DNA of 64,000 nt from Bacilli bacterium (lineage in GTDB: Bacteria; Bacillota_I; Bacilli_A; RF39; UBA660). The number at the start of each line of letters is the position of its first letter. The first letter of the stretch is position 1. A program made the translations under genes and the position numbers. Location of the stretch: positions 70,856 through 134,855 of the forward strand of contig CAAGPL010000045.1 in assembly GCA_900771805.1 (NCBI GenBank), read 5' to 3'. This document shows, piece after piece, positions 19,905 through 30,676 of this stretch. The notes beneath the pieces are model-generated. The model saw only the letters and a list, made by a program, of their open reading frames with translations, did no database searches and was not told where the DNA came from.

Positions 19905-20657
19905 CTATAAGTCAAATTTAGACATTACGTTGCACGACGTTTTTGAAATTACATATGAACTTGTAAGCCCTTTTATAGCTGCTATTTGATTTATTATATA
20001 TTTTAAATTCATAGGATTATTTGGTGTTCCTCTTAAAGGTTCTGGGGTAAGATATGGACTATCAGTTTCTAAGGAAATGCTTTCAATTGGTATTTCTTTT
20101 ACTATTTCTTTTATTTTTTTAGCGTTTTTAAATGTCACTATGCCGCCTATTCCAATTAAAAAACCTAATTTAATAAATTCTTTTGCCATTTGTAGGCTTC
20201 CAGAATAACAATGCATTATACCTCTTACATTATACTCCTTTAATAAATTATATGTATCCATAATAGAATCTCTACTATGAACTATAACTGGCAAATCATT
20301 TTCCTTTGCAATAGATAACATCGTTTTAAAAACCTCTATTTGTTTTTCTTTATTTTCTTTAGTCCAATAATAATCAAGTCCTATTTCACCAATTGCAACA
20401 ATTTTGCCTATATTTAATAATTTCTTTATCTCATCTTCATAATTAGATGGTAAATCATCTATATTTTGTGGCCCTATTCCAATGGAAGCATAAACCTCAT
20501 CATACTGTAAAGATAAATAAACAGCTTCAATACTTGTTTTAATATCATATCCATTTATAATAATTTTACTTATTCCATTATTTGTTGCCTTTTTTATTTC
20601 ATAATCTACATTTTCATATAAATCACTTAAAATATGACAATGTGAATCTATAATCAT
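19905..20657 (-). CDS. tatD: TatD-family metal-dependent hydrolase
   Basis: MIIDSHCHI start with a GGTGA SD. The track ORF begins 27 nt upstream, but the ATG at 20657 fits better. Confidence 0.85.
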   Translation of the reverse strand: MIIDSHCHILSDLYENVDYEIKKATNNGISKIIINGYDIKTSIEAVYLSLQYDEVYASIGIGPQNIDDLPSNYEDEIKKLLNIGKIVAIGEIGLDYYWTKENKEKQIEVFKTMLSIAKENDLPVIVHSRDSIMDTYNLLKEYNVRGIMHCYSGSLQMAKEFIKLGFLIGIGGIVTFKNAKKIKEIVKEIPIESISLETDSPYLTPEPLRGTPNNPMNLKYIINQIAAIKGLTSSYVISKTSCNVMSKFDL

Positions 20658-20683
20658 TTTATCACCAAAAAAATTATACCACA

Positions 20684-20866
20684 CTAATGATATAATTTAA
20701 TTAATAAAAATCTTATAAATAATACAAAAACTATAACAAAGTAAAATAAATCTTTTAGCAAATTACTTTCTAAATAAATTAATAAAGCAAATGCTAATAA
20801 AACCAAAAAGAAAGTTACTTTGCAAAAAAAGCTCTTTTTATTTTCTATTAAATTGTTATGATGCAT
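20684..20866 (-). CDS. Small two-TM hypothetical protein
   Basis: 60-aa hydrophobic ORF, co-oriented with its neighbours. Confidence 0.4.
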   Translation of the reverse strand: MHHNNLIENKKSFFCKVTFFLVLLAFALLIYLESNLLKDLFYFVIVFVLFIRFLLIKLYH

Positions 20867-20986
20867 AATTATCTTGCCTTTCTTATATTTTTACTACATC
20901 AACAACAAGAAAAAATATATCATAATTAGTCACCTTATGTAAATAGTTTTGACAAATTGATTTAAAATTAGACAAAATTTTACAGT

Positions 20987-21487
20987 TTATTCTTCGAAAT
21001 AACTTTCTAATATATTTAAAGTAAATGAAATTAGATCTATTTCACTAGTAATTTTTGAAGTATCATCTATAATAAGATATCCTACTAAATCCCCACAAGG
21101 ACATATTTTATATAATTTATAATTTTTACTTAATTTTAAATCTTTACAAAATAATACACCAGATTCTTTTGGTTGAAACATTTTATTTTCAAAATCTAAA
21201 ATCAGTTTTTTTCCTACCGCATTATATAAATTTGAAAATACAATTTCATCTAAATTAGTAATAAAAACATTTGTTTTTATTTTGCTAGCTAAAACTTTTA
21301 CAATTTTATTAATAAAATCTTGTTTTTCATTTATTGTATTATGTTTCCTTAAAGATATAACATTTATATCTTCCATATATATTTCTAACAATTCTCCTTT
21401 TTTTATATGCATTTTATTTCTTATTTCTTTTGGTATTACAATTCTTCCTAACTCATCTATTCTTCTAGTTATTCCTGATATTTTCAT
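20987..21487 (-). CDS. spoVT: Stage V sporulation regulator SpoVT (AbrB-type N-domain plus sensor domain)
   Basis: GITRRIDELGRIVIPKEIR matches the SpoVT/AbrB swapped-hairpin motif; 166 aa; lies downstream of mfd as in B. subtilis. Confidence 0.8.
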   Translation of the reverse strand: MKISGITRRIDELGRIVIPKEIRNKMHIKKGELLEIYMEDINVISLRKHNTINEKQDFINKIVKVLASKIKTNVFITNLDEIVFSNLYNAVGKKLILDFENKMFQPKESGVLFCKDLKLSKNYKLYKICPCGDLVGYLIIDDTSKITSEIDLISFTLNILESYFEE

Positions 21488-21531
21488 ATAATTCTTTCCC
21501 TTCTTTTTTAGAATGTATAAATTATATGATT

Positions 21532-24500
21532 TTATTCAATTACATCAAGCATTTTTACTAAATAATGTAAAAAATGCTTTTCCAAGTCACTTGTTTTTAG
21601 TGATATCCTTAAAATATTATTAATATATCTGATTTCAAAATTTTGATTTATCCTAAATAAACCAGATAAAAGTTTTGCACCATCTTGTCTTTTTGACACA
21701 ACACTCGTTATAAAAACAGATATTTCCCTTTCTGTTTGGACTACTTTAAATACACCCTTTTTCTTAGCATTATATTCAAATAATTCTTCTAACATATAAA
21801 TAATTATGTCATCATCAAGATTTCCAAATCTATCTGTTAATTCTTCTTTTACTTTAATAAATTTATCATAACTATCAATTGTATTTATTTTCTTATGAAT
21901 CTCTATTTTTAAATCCTCACTGTCAGCATATTTATCACTAATATGAGTTGCAACTTCTATAAATGGTTTTTCATTTATATCTTTTTCTTCATCTTCTTCT
22001 ACAGAAACATTATTTTTAAGTCTTTCTACTTCTTCATTTAATATTTTAAGATACATATCATAACCAATAGTATCTATAAATCCAGATTGTTCAGCTCCTA
22101 AAATGTCACCTGCTCCTCTAATTGCTAAATCACGCATTGCAAGTGCATAACCACTTCCTAATTCCGTAAATTCCTTTATAGCATCTAACCTTTTTACTGC
22201 TATATCATTTAACTCTTTATTTTTTTTATACATAAGATAAGCATATGCTATTACCTTTCCTCTTCCTATTCTACCTCTTATTTGATATAACTGACTAAGT
22301 CCAAAATGATCAGCATCCAAAACTATTAAAGTATTTGTATTTTCAATATCAATTCCTGTTTCTATTATAGTTGTACATACTAATACATTATAAGTTTTAT
22401 CAACAAAACTTTCCATTGTTTTTTCAATTTGATCTTTTGTCATTCTACCATGTATATAAGTTATCTTAGCTTCTGGAACTAATTTTTTTATTTTTACTAG
22501 TTTATCTTCTATATCTAATACCTTATTATATAAAACAAACACTTGTCCATCTCTTGCTAATTCTTTATAAATAGCATCTCTTATAACCTGGTCATTTTCT
22601 TTTAAAACATAGGTTTGAATTGGATATCTATAAGCAGGTGGTGTTTCAATTAAAGATAAACCTCTAACACCTGTTAAAGACATTTGAAGAGTTCTTGGAA
22701 TTGGTGTTGCAGATAATGTTAAAACATCTATATTTTCCTTATATTCCTTTATTTTTTCCTTATGAGTTACACCAAAACGTTGTTCCTCATCTACTACTAA
22801 TAAGCCCAAATCTTTATAAATAACATCACGGCTTAATAATCTATGAGTTCCAACTATCAAATCTACCTTACCACTTTTTAGTTCATCTAATATAATTTCC
22901 TTTTGCTTTAAAGTAACAAACCTATTAAGCATTCTTATATTTATGCCAAAACCATCAAATCTTACAACAGCATTATCATAATGTTGCTTAGATAATATTG
23001 TTGTAGGACATAAAAACGCTACTTGTTTACCACTTTTTATTGCTTTAAAAATAGCTCTAAAAGCAACTTCCGTCTTACCATAACCAACATCACCACATAA
23101 TAACCTGTCCATTGGATGAGGCTGTTCCATATCTTCTTTTATATCATTAATTGCTTTTAATTGATCTTTTGTTTCTGTATACGGAAATTTACTTTCAAAT
23201 AAAGTTTGATCCTCATCGTCAGCAAAGAAAGCAAAACCTTTTACTAATTTTCTTTTAGCAGAAGTTTCAAGTAATTTTTTTGCTATATCTTTTACTTTTC
23301 CTTTTACTCTTGCCTTTTGTTTAACCCACTCAGTTCCCCCTAATTTGTTCAATCTAGGCTTTATACCTTCGTTAGATGAATACTTGCTAATATATTCTAT
23401 TTTTGAGGCTGGAATATATAATTTATCCCCATCCTTATATTCTATATTTAAATAATCCTTTTTAAGACCTTTTGATGTAAGAGTTATAATTCCTAAATAT
23501 CTTCCAATACCATGAGACATATGAACTACATAATCACCAACTTTTAGCTTATTGATATCTTTTATTTTAGAACCATATTTAAATTTACTTTTATAAGAAT
23601 TAATATCAGTTGCTTTATATAATTCATTTTTTGTTAAACAAACTAAGTCATTAATGATAAAACCATTTGGAATTTCATCTTTTATAATATTTATAATATC
23701 TTTTTTTAAATCCAATTTATTTGTTATAACACTTGGTAATGTTATATTACTAATAAAACTTGCTATTGCATGATCATCATTTAAATATAAAACTATCATT
23801 TTTTTAGAATCTAACATATTCTTAAGAAAATGATTAATTCTATCATAATTACCATTAAATTTATCAATTTCTGCAGATGAATAAATTTCTTTTTTTCCAT
23901 CTTTCACATCATAATTATCTAATTTTAAAATGTCTACATATTTATCTTTTATAATATCATTTAAATCAAACATGTATTTATCTATATTAAATTGATCAGT
24001 CTCTTTAAATTCTAATACTTCATTAATAGTATTTTCATATGCAAGTTTAATACTATTTAAATCTACATAAATAGTTATATTATCATCTAAGTAATCTTCT
24101 ATTTTACTTACATTTTTAACAACTCTTGGCAACAGACTCTGTCTTTCGATAATCCCTTCTATATTTTTTTCATTTATAAACTCAGTAAAAGGACATATTT
24201 CTATTGTTTCCTTTTTTTGCATCGAAAGTTGCGTATCTGGATTAAATTCACGAATACTTTCTATTTCATTATCAAAAAATTCTATTCTAATTGGATTTTC
24301 ATTGCCATAAGGAAAAACATCTAATATATAACCTCTATTTGCATATTCACCTGTTTTTGTTACTATACTATCTTTTTTGTAACCAATCATATTTAACTTT
24401 TGAATTAATAAATCTCTATTGATTTCATCTTTTTCTTTTAGATTTATATTTAAATTACTCCATAATTTTTTACTAGGTAAAAACCTTAAATAACCCATAA

Positions 24501-24831
24501 AATTAGTTATAACTATTTTACCAACATTATTTTTAACAAGTTCATTTAATGTTTCTATCCTCTTAGACATTAAATCTGGAGATATTGCAACAGCTTCACT
24601 AACTAAAAAATCATCCATTGGAAACAATAAAACTTTATCTTTATCATATTGATTTAATGTTTTATAAAGCATATTAGCTTCATATAAAGTATTTGTAACT
24701 ACCAGTAAATTCTTTTTACTTACACAAAAAAGATCCCAAACATAAATAGGTTGGGTTACTTTATTAATACCAAGTACCATCACTTTTGTATTATTAGTTA
24801 AAATTTTATGTTCAAAAATTTCTTCAAACAT
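21532..24831 (-). CDS. mfd: Transcription-repair coupling factor
   Basis: 1099 aa; helicase motifs GDVGYGKTEV and DEEQRFG. Confidence 0.95.
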   Translation of the reverse strand: MFEEIFEHKILTNNTKVMVLGINKVTQPIYVWDLFCVSKKNLLVVTNTLYEANMLYKTLNQYDKDKVLLFPMDDFLVSEAVAISPDLMSKRIETLNELVKNNVGKIVITNFMGYLRFLPSKKLWSNLNINLKEKDEINRDLLIQKLNMIGYKKDSIVTKTGEYANRGYILDVFPYGNENPIRIEFFDNEIESIREFNPDTQLSMQKKETIEICPFTEFINEKNIEGIIERQSLLPRVVKNVSKIEDYLDDNITIYVDLNSIKLAYENTINEVLEFKETDQFNIDKYMFDLNDIIKDKYVDILKLDNYDVKDGKKEIYSSAEIDKFNGNYDRINHFLKNMLDSKKMIVLYLNDDHAIASFISNITLPSVITNKLDLKKDIINIIKDEIPNGFIINDLVCLTKNELYKATDINSYKSKFKYGSKIKDINKLKVGDYVVHMSHGIGRYLGIITLTSKGLKKDYLNIEYKDGDKLYIPASKIEYISKYSSNEGIKPRLNKLGGTEWVKQKARVKGKVKDIAKKLLETSAKRKLVKGFAFFADDEDQTLFESKFPYTETKDQLKAINDIKEDMEQPHPMDRLLCGDVGYGKTEVAFRAIFKAIKSGKQVAFLCPTTILSKQHYDNAVVRFDGFGINIRMLNRFVTLKQKEIILDELKSGKVDLIVGTHRLLSRDVIYKDLGLLVVDEEQRFGVTHKEKIKEYKENIDVLTLSATPIPRTLQMSLTGVRGLSLIETPPAYRYPIQTYVLKENDQVIRDAIYKELARDGQVFVLYNKVLDIEDKLVKIKKLVPEAKITYIHGRMTKDQIEKTMESFVDKTYNVLVCTTIIETGIDIENTNTLIVLDADHFGLSQLYQIRGRIGRGKVIAYAYLMYKKNKELNDIAVKRLDAIKEFTELGSGYALAMRDLAIRGAGDILGAEQSGFIDTIGYDMYLKILNEEVERLKNNVSVEEDEEKDINEKPFIEVATHISDKYADSEDLKIEIHKKINTIDSYDKFIKVKEELTDRFGNLDDDIIIYMLEELFEYNAKKKGVFKVVQTEREISVFITSVVSKRQDGAKLLSGLFRINQNFEIRYINNILRISLKTSDLEKHFLHYLVKMLDVIE

Positions 24832-24845
24832 ATAATCACCATCTT

Positions 24846-25421
24846 TTATTTTTTTGCTTTCATATTATATTTATTCATTGCTAATTCAAAAGGATGACCT
24901 ATTGAAAATAAAACTGCATCTGCCGCTTTTTCTATTATAGGAGTTAATTTTCTTTTTTCAGTAGGAGTTAATTTTCCTAATACATAATCTTTTGTATCAA
25001 TATTCTTATCATTTGATATTCCTATTTTTATTCTTTTATATTCATTTGTTTTTAATTGATTTTCAATATTTTTTAAACCATTATGTCCACCTGATGAGCC
25101 TTTTTCTTTTAATTTAATTGAACCGAGTGGCAAATCCAAATCATCACTTACTACTAAAATATCTTCTGTTTTTATATCTAAAAAATTAACAAACTTAATC
25201 ATTACATCACCAGATAAATTAATATATTTTTGTGGTTTTATAAAAATAACATGAGCCATTTCTAAATAACAATCAAAATATAAAGCTCCATCCCTTTCTT
25301 TCCATTTATATATGTCCAGCTTTTTAGCTAATTCATCAATTACCATAAATCCCATATTATGCCTAGTATTTTGATATTCTTTTCCAGGATTACCTAATCC
25401 AACCACTAATTTTATTTTCAT
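24846..25421 (-). CDS. pth: Peptidyl-tRNA hydrolase
   Basis: VGLGNPG...TRHNMGF motif; 191 aa. Confidence 0.95.
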   Translation of the reverse strand: MKIKLVVGLGNPGKEYQNTRHNMGFMVIDELAKKLDIYKWKERDGALYFDCYLEMAHVIFIKPQKYINLSGDVMIKFVNFLDIKTEDILVVSDDLDLPLGSIKLKEKGSSGGHNGLKNIENQLKTNEYKRIKIGISNDKNIDTKDYVLGKLTPTEKRKLTPIIEKAADAVLFSIGHPFELAMNKYNMKAKK

Positions 25422-26147
25422 TTACATTCCTCCATTAAAAATTTTATTAATATTTTCAGTATATGAGCCATCATTATTATGAACAATAATATCATTTTCT
25501 ACTATGACACCTGGATTTCCATTTTTGCTGCCTTCTATTAATACTAAATTTGAATTAGATAAAACAAATGGAAAAATAAACTGTAATCTTTTTGGTTCTA
25601 TATTATTTTGTTTCATACTATTTATTATTTCAATTAATCTTTCCGTTCTGTGAACAATTGCTATTTTACCATTATTTTTAAGTAACTTTCTGGCACATTT
25701 AAAAACATCATCCAAACATAATTCTACTTCATGTCTTGCTTTTCTTTTTATTTCATTATCATTAGTTAAGCTTTTTTCTTCTAATTTAAAATATGGTGGA
25801 TTACAAGTTATAAGATCAAAACTATCCGTTTCAAAAACATTATTTAGTTCTTTTACATTCATATTAAGAATATTAATTTGATCATCAAGCTTATTTATAT
25901 TAATACTCTTTTTAGCTAAATCATATACTTCTTTTTGAAGTTCAACCGCTACTATTTTTGATTTTGTTTTTGTACTTAAAAATAGTGGTATTGGTGCATT
26001 TCCAGTACACATATCTAAAATTTTCATCTTATTATTTAATCTAACAAAATTTGCAAGTAAAACTGAATCTATAGAAAAATTAAACCATTCTGTATTTTGA
26101 TATATTTTAAGGTTATTATAATTTAATAAATCATTAATTACCTCCAT
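25422..26147 (-). CDS. N6-adenine tRNA methyltransferase (YabB/TrmN6-like)
   Basis: 241 aa; NPPY motif (CNPPYF); SAM-binding LDMCTGN. Confidence 0.75.
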   Translation of the reverse strand: MEVINDLLNYNNLKIYQNTEWFNFSIDSVLLANFVRLNNKMKILDMCTGNAPIPLFLSTKTKSKIVAVELQKEVYDLAKKSININKLDDQINILNMNVKELNNVFETDSFDLITCNPPYFKLEEKSLTNDNEIKRKARHEVELCLDDVFKCARKLLKNNGKIAIVHRTERLIEIINSMKQNNIEPKRLQFIFPFVLSNSNLVLIEGSKNGNPGVIVENDIIVHNNDGSYTENINKIFNGGM

Positions 26148-26926
26148 TATAAATTTACCTCTATTTCTTCATTTTCTTCTGTTTTTATTTTATAACTTCT
26201 TTTTAAAATATTTAATTCTGTTACATGTCCTATCTTGCCATGATAAGTAATTGTTTCACCAAGTTTTGGTAAATCTTTTTTATATTCTATATAAGTACTA
26301 TCTTCATATCCTAAACAACATAATAATCTTCCGCAAACTCCATTTATTTTTGTTGGATTTAAAGCAATTCCTTGATTTTTTGCCATATTTATAGAAACAC
26401 TATCAAAATTTGTTAAGAATTCCGAACAACATAGTGGTCTTCCGCAAGGACCAAAGCCACCTATTTCTTTTGCTTTATCCCTTACTCCTATTTGTCTTAA
26501 TTCTATTCTAGTTTTATATTTTGTTGCTAAAATTTTTGCAAGTTCTCTAAAATCAACTCTTTCATCAGCAATAAATTTAAAAACAAGTTTTTTTCTATCA
26601 AAAGTGTATGATGCCTCATATAATTTCATATCAAGTTGTTCTTTTTCAACTACTTTTTTTGCATATTCTAAAGCTTTATTAGCATCTTTAATATTTTTTA
26701 AATTTATATTTATATCTTCTTTTGTTGCAATTCGAATTACATCCTTTAATGGTAAAAAAACTTTTTCTGCATCCTGATTAATAATATCAGTTGTTGCTGT
26801 TGCAAATTGTGTTCCTCTTTCTGTTTCAACAATAACATTATCACTTATTTTAACATTTAATTTTCCTGGTGAAAAATAATAAATTCTACCACCATCTGTA
26901 AATTTAACTCCTACAACCTTCACCAT
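26147..26926 (-). CDS. ricT: PSP1-domain protein (RicT/YaaT)
   Basis: 259 aa; Cys cluster GPCGRPLCC...GVCGRLLCC; lies next to holB. Confidence 0.8.
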   Translation of the reverse strand: MVKVVGVKFTDGGRIYYFSPGKLNVKISDNVIVETERGTQFATATTDIINQDAEKVFLPLKDVIRIATKEDININLKNIKDANKALEYAKKVVEKEQLDMKLYEASYTFDRKKLVFKFIADERVDFRELAKILATKYKTRIELRQIGVRDKAKEIGGFGPCGRPLCCSEFLTNFDSVSINMAKNQGIALNPTKINGVCGRLLCCLGYEDSTYIEYKKDLPKLGETITYHGKIGHVTELNILKRSYKIKTEENEEIEVNL

Positions 26927-27836
26927 GATTTATATCTCCTATTCCTAATATTACATTTAATGTAAATAAAGTTATATTTACATTGTACTCTATTTTATTT
27001 AAATTTTCTAAAATAAAATTAATTTTTTTTATTAATATTTCTACACTATTTTTTTCTGATACATTTTTTATTCCTGTTTCATTATTAAAAAATTGCATTT
27101 CTTTAAATATTTTATAATTTAAACAATCTTTATATATTAATAAAAGTACCATTAATAAAGATTTTAGTAATTCCTTATTATTAAAGGTTTCTAATACTTT
27201 ATCTTTAAAATAAATTATTGCTTCTTTGTTATTATTTTCTATATCAGAAAAAAAATCTAAAACTTTAAATATATTATATTCATCTAAATTGGTAACCTTA
27301 GAAACATAAGATAAATTTGTTTTCTCAATTTTACCATTTAATTTTATCGTTTGACATCTTGATATAATAGTACTAATTACTTTATTTAAATTTGTACTAG
27401 TAAAAATTGCAACAACATCACTATCTGGTTCTTCTAGAAATTTTAATAAAGAATTGGCAGCCGCCTGATTTAATAACTCTACGCTTTTTATTATATATAC
27501 TTGTTTTTTTCCTTCTATAGGACTTGTTTGAAATTTTTCTCTTAGTTTTATAATACTTTCTTTTTTTATAATTCCATTTGTTGGTTCTATTATTTCTAAT
27601 TCAGAATAACTATTTGTATCTATTCTTGAACAAATATTACATTTTTTACAATTAAAACAAAAAGTTTTTGGACATGCCAAAACCTTTGCAAACAAAATAG
27701 ATTGCAAACTTAATTCATTTTCATCATCACTAACTAATAAATATGCTTGAACAGATTGTGAAGTATTATTTATCTTTGTTAGAAATTTACTTAAAATTGG
27801 TTGATTTGCTACTACTATATCATTCAATAATATCAC
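26904..27836 (-). CDS. holB: DNA polymerase III delta' subunit
   Basis: 310 aa; clamp-loader-like Zn module CxxCxxC and LLKFLEEP motif. Confidence 0.8.
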   Translation of the reverse strand: MILLNDIVVANQPILSKFLTKINNTSQSVQAYLLVSDDENELSLQSILFAKVLACPKTFCFNCKKCNICSRIDTNSYSELEIIEPTNGIIKKESIIKLREKFQTSPIEGKKQVYIIKSVELLNQAAANSLLKFLEEPDSDVVAIFTSTNLNKVISTIISRCQTIKLNGKIEKTNLSYVSKVTNLDEYNIFKVLDFFSDIENNNKEAIIYFKDKVLETFNNKELLKSLLMVLLLIYKDCLNYKIFKEMQFFNNETGIKNVSEKNSVEILIKKINFILENLNKIEYNVNITLFTLNVILGIGDINHGEGCRS

Positions 27837-27841
27837 CTCTA

Positions 27842-28030
27842 TTAATAATTAAAGAGAAGAAATAAGGCTAATCCTAGCATTCCAGGTACATCAAAAAGAC
27901 TTGCTATAATTATAGTAATTATATTTATAGGAATCATCAAGTTAAGTGATGATAAAAAAGTATTGTAAACAAACAATAAAATCATTCCTATAATTATTTT
28001 TTTAATAATCTTAAATAAAATTTTAAACAT
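27842..28030 (-). CDS. bofA: BofA-family sigma-K processing regulator
   Basis: 62 aa, two TM helices; IPINIITIIIASLFDVPGMLGLALF parallels B. subtilis BofA VPINLVTTAISGILGIPG; near recR as in Bacillus. Confidence 0.65.
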   Translation of the reverse strand: MFKILFKIIKKIIIGMILLFVYNTFLSSLNLMIPINIITIIIASLFDVPGMLGLALFLLFNY

Positions 28031-28069
28031 ATTATCACCTATTAAAAAAATATGTTTAAATATTAAAAT

Positions 28070-28669
28070 TTATGATAATTCACTTCTATTTTCAAGAGCT
28101 AATTCAAGCGTTAAACTATCCAAATATTCCATGTCTGTACCAATTGGAACACCTTGAGCAATTTGTGTAACTTTAACATTTGTATTTTGAAGTAGTTTTT
28201 TTATATATAATGACGTTGTATTACCTTCTATACCTGATCTTAAAGCTAATATAACTTCTTTTATTTCTTCATTTTTTATTCTATCAATAAGCTTGTCAAT
28301 CGATAAATCATCAGGATTAATTCCATCCATTGGTGATATAAGACCGCCTAAAACATGATATTTTGTTTTAAAAATGCCTAATTTTTCAAATATAAATACA
28401 TTTTTTTGATTTTCAACAACACATATTATAGATTGTTCTCTACTAGTATCATCACAAATTAAACATTTGTTCGAATCGGTCATACATCCACAATTAGGGC
28501 AAGTTGTAATATACTGATTAATATTTAATATTAAATCACTAAGTTCTTTTATTTTTGATTCTTCCAAATTCAATATTGAAAATGCATATCTCTCAGCAGT
28601 TTTTTCACCTACTCCAGGTAATAGTTTTAAAATATCTATAAGTCTTTGAAAAGATTTCGGATAATTCAT
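28070..28669 (-). CDS. recR: Recombination protein RecR
   Basis: LPGVGEKTAER HhH, a C4 zinc finger and a Toprim domain. Confidence 0.95.
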   Translation of the reverse strand: MNYPKSFQRLIDILKLLPGVGEKTAERYAFSILNLEESKIKELSDLILNINQYITTCPNCGCMTDSNKCLICDDTSREQSIICVVENQKNVFIFEKLGIFKTKYHVLGGLISPMDGINPDDLSIDKLIDRIKNEEIKEVILALRSGIEGNTTSLYIKKLLQNTNVKVTQIAQGVPIGTDMEYLDSLTLELALENRSELS

Positions 28670-28684
28670 TTTTTCTCCTTCTAT

Positions 28685-28984
28685 TTATAGAAGTCCACCT
28701 AACGCTCCAGCTTGACTACCTAATTTATTATTTATTTCTTTTTCTACTTTTTTCAAAGCATCATTCATAGCTAAAATTATCATATCTTCTAATATTTCAA
28801 TATCTTCTTGTTCTAAATTCATATTTTCTTTTATTTTAACAGATATCACTTCTCTTTTTCCATTAATTTTCACTGTAACTAATTCTGAAATACCTTCAAA
28901 TGTCATTTCTTCTATTTTTTTCTTTGAATCCATTAGATTTTTTTGCATAGCTTGTGCTTGCTTCATTAAAGCTTGTATATTCAT
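28685..28984 (-). CDS. ybaB: Nucleoid-associated protein YbaB/EbfC
   Basis: 99 aa; MKQAQAMQ start; lies between dnaX and recR. Confidence 0.9.
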   Translation of the reverse strand: MNIQALMKQAQAMQKNLMDSKKKIEEMTFEGISELVTVKINGKREVISVKIKENMNLEQEDIEILEDMIILAMNDALKKVEKEINNKLGSQAGALGGLL

Positions 28985-30600
28985 TATTTTTCCTCCATTT
29001 CAATTAAATCATCAAATTCATTAACAGAATTATTTTGTTGTATTTTTTTTATTTTTGATAATAAAAATTCTTCATCTTTTATATCTAATTCATTATTTTT
29101 AACTAAATTAACATATTTAGGTCTTATTTCTTTCCAATAATCAAGGGTTATACTCACAATTTTATATTTATGATTAAATCTTTTTTGTACTATCATTTTA
29201 CATTTATCATAATTTGATTCTATTTTATTTAATAGTCCTTCTGTTGGGATAGTTAGTATAATACCATCTGATGATGCTGCAACTGGAACGGCATCAAGTA
29301 ACAAACCAACAGATTTTTTTAAACTTTCATCAAGTAAATATTCTTTTATATTTTTCCATTCTTTTTGAATTCTATTAAATTCTTGCTTAGTAGATTTTTT
29401 TAAAATATTATTAATTCTTATATCTTTTAATTTTTTAATATTATTATTTAAATTTTCTTGTTGTAAATCCTTTTTATTTTTATCTTTTTCAGTATTTTTA
29501 ATTAATGTTTCACGTGAAACATTAATTTCATCCATCATTTTAAGTATATATACCTCAAAAATCAATTCTTTTTGTGAAGTTTGATTTAATTTTTTGTTTA
29601 ACTCAGACGTATCATCTAATAATTTATATAATATTCTTTCATCTATTGATTTAAATTCAGAAAAATCAAAATCATTTAATTTTTCATTATTATCTTGTAA
29701 AACATTTTTTTTATATAATATAATTTTATATAAGCAATCTATAATTTTTTGTAAAATTAAATTAAAATCTTTTCCTTTATTTGATAATTCTTTTATATAT
29801 TTTATTGTTTCAGCATATTTTTTATTAATAATATTTATTAAAAATTCAAAAATTTGTTTGTTTGATATAGTTCCAGATAATTCTTGTACATTAATTAATG
29901 TTATTTTATCATCAGAAAAAGCAAAAGCTTGATCCAACATACCTATTGCATCTCTCATTCCTCCATTTGAATTTAAAATTATTTCATCAAGTGCTGATGA
30001 TTCAATATTTATATTTTCTTTTTCTATAACATTTTTTAAACATTTTTTCATACTTTCTTTTGAAATACTTTTAAAATCAAATCTTTGACATCTTGAAATT
30101 ACTGTTGTAGGCAATTTTTGAGGTTCTGTGGTTGCTAATATAAAAATTATATATTCTGGCGGTTCTTCAAGTGTTTTTAATAAAGCATTAAATGCTCCTA
30201 TAGATAACATATGAACTTCATCTATAATATATACTTTATATTTTGACATTGCTGGAACTAAGTTAACTTTATTTCTTATTTCTCTTATTTCATCTACACC
30301 ATTATTTGATGCAGCATCTATTTCTATGATATCAGGATTACTATTATTATTGAATGACAAACAATTTTCACACTCATTACAAGCATCACCTGTTGTCATA
30401 TTGTTTAAACAATTTATAGCTTTTGCAAATAATTTTGCACAACTAGTTTTTCCTGTACCTCTTGGACCCGTAAATAAATATGCATGACTTAATTTGTTGT
30501 TTTTTATAACATTTTTCAACGTTTTTACAATTGTATCTTGTCCATATACCAAATCAAATGATTTTGGTCTATATTTTCTATATAATGTTTGATATGCCAT
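28984..30600 (-). CDS. dnaX: DNA polymerase III subunit tau/gamma
   Basis: 538 aa; GPRGTGKTS Walker A, a Zn module, and IIDEVHML. Confidence 0.95.
   Translation of the reverse strand: MAYQTLYRKYRPKSFDLVYGQDTIVKTLKNVIKNNKLSHAYLFTGPRGTGKTSCAKLFAKAINCLNNMTTGDACNECENCLSFNNNSNPDIIEIDAASNNGVDEIREIRNKVNLVPAMSKYKVYIIDEVHMLSIGAFNALLKTLEEPPEYIIFILATTEPQKLPTTVISRCQRFDFKSISKESMKKCLKNVIEKENINIESSALDEIILNSNGGMRDAIGMLDQAFAFSDDKITLINVQELSGTISNKQIFEFLINIINKKYAETIKYIKELSNKGKDFNLILQKIIDCLYKIILYKKNVLQDNNEKLNDFDFSEFKSIDERILYKLLDDTSELNKKLNQTSQKELIFEVYILKMMDEINVSRETLIKNTEKDKNKKDLQQENLNNNIKKLKDIRINNILKKSTKQEFNRIQKEWKNIKEYLLDESLKKSVGLLLDAVPVAASSDGIILTIPTEGLLNKIESNYDKCKMIVQKRFNHKYKIVSITLDYWKEIRPKYVNLVKNNELDIKDEEFLLSKIKKIQQNNSVNEFDDLIEMEEK
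29506..29521. promoter_or_regulatory. parS: parS site 1 (perfect TGTTTCACGTGAAACA), inside dnaX
   Basis: Exact 16-mer read in the sequence; part of a 24-bp palindrome; encodes NVSRET of DnaX. Confidence 0.8.
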
Positions 30601-30660
30601 GCAATCACCTCTGATAAGTATTATAACATTTTAAAACATATTTTAAAACAAAAACGATAA

Positions 30661-30676
30661 TGTTTCACGTGAAACA
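30661..30676. promoter_or_regulatory. parS: parS site 2, at the tadA stop in the tadA-dnaX gap
   Basis: Exact 16-mer within a 26-bp perfect palindrome, GATAATGTTTCACGTGAAACATTATC. Confidence 0.8.

Noticed and set aside
29480-29540. The dnaX internal palindrome as a programmed frameshift stimulator (the tau/gamma mechanism of E. coli).
   Set aside because: No A-AAA-AAG-type slippery heptamer lies just upstream of the hairpin. The same 18-mer recurs four times in nearby intergenic DNA, which fits parS far better.
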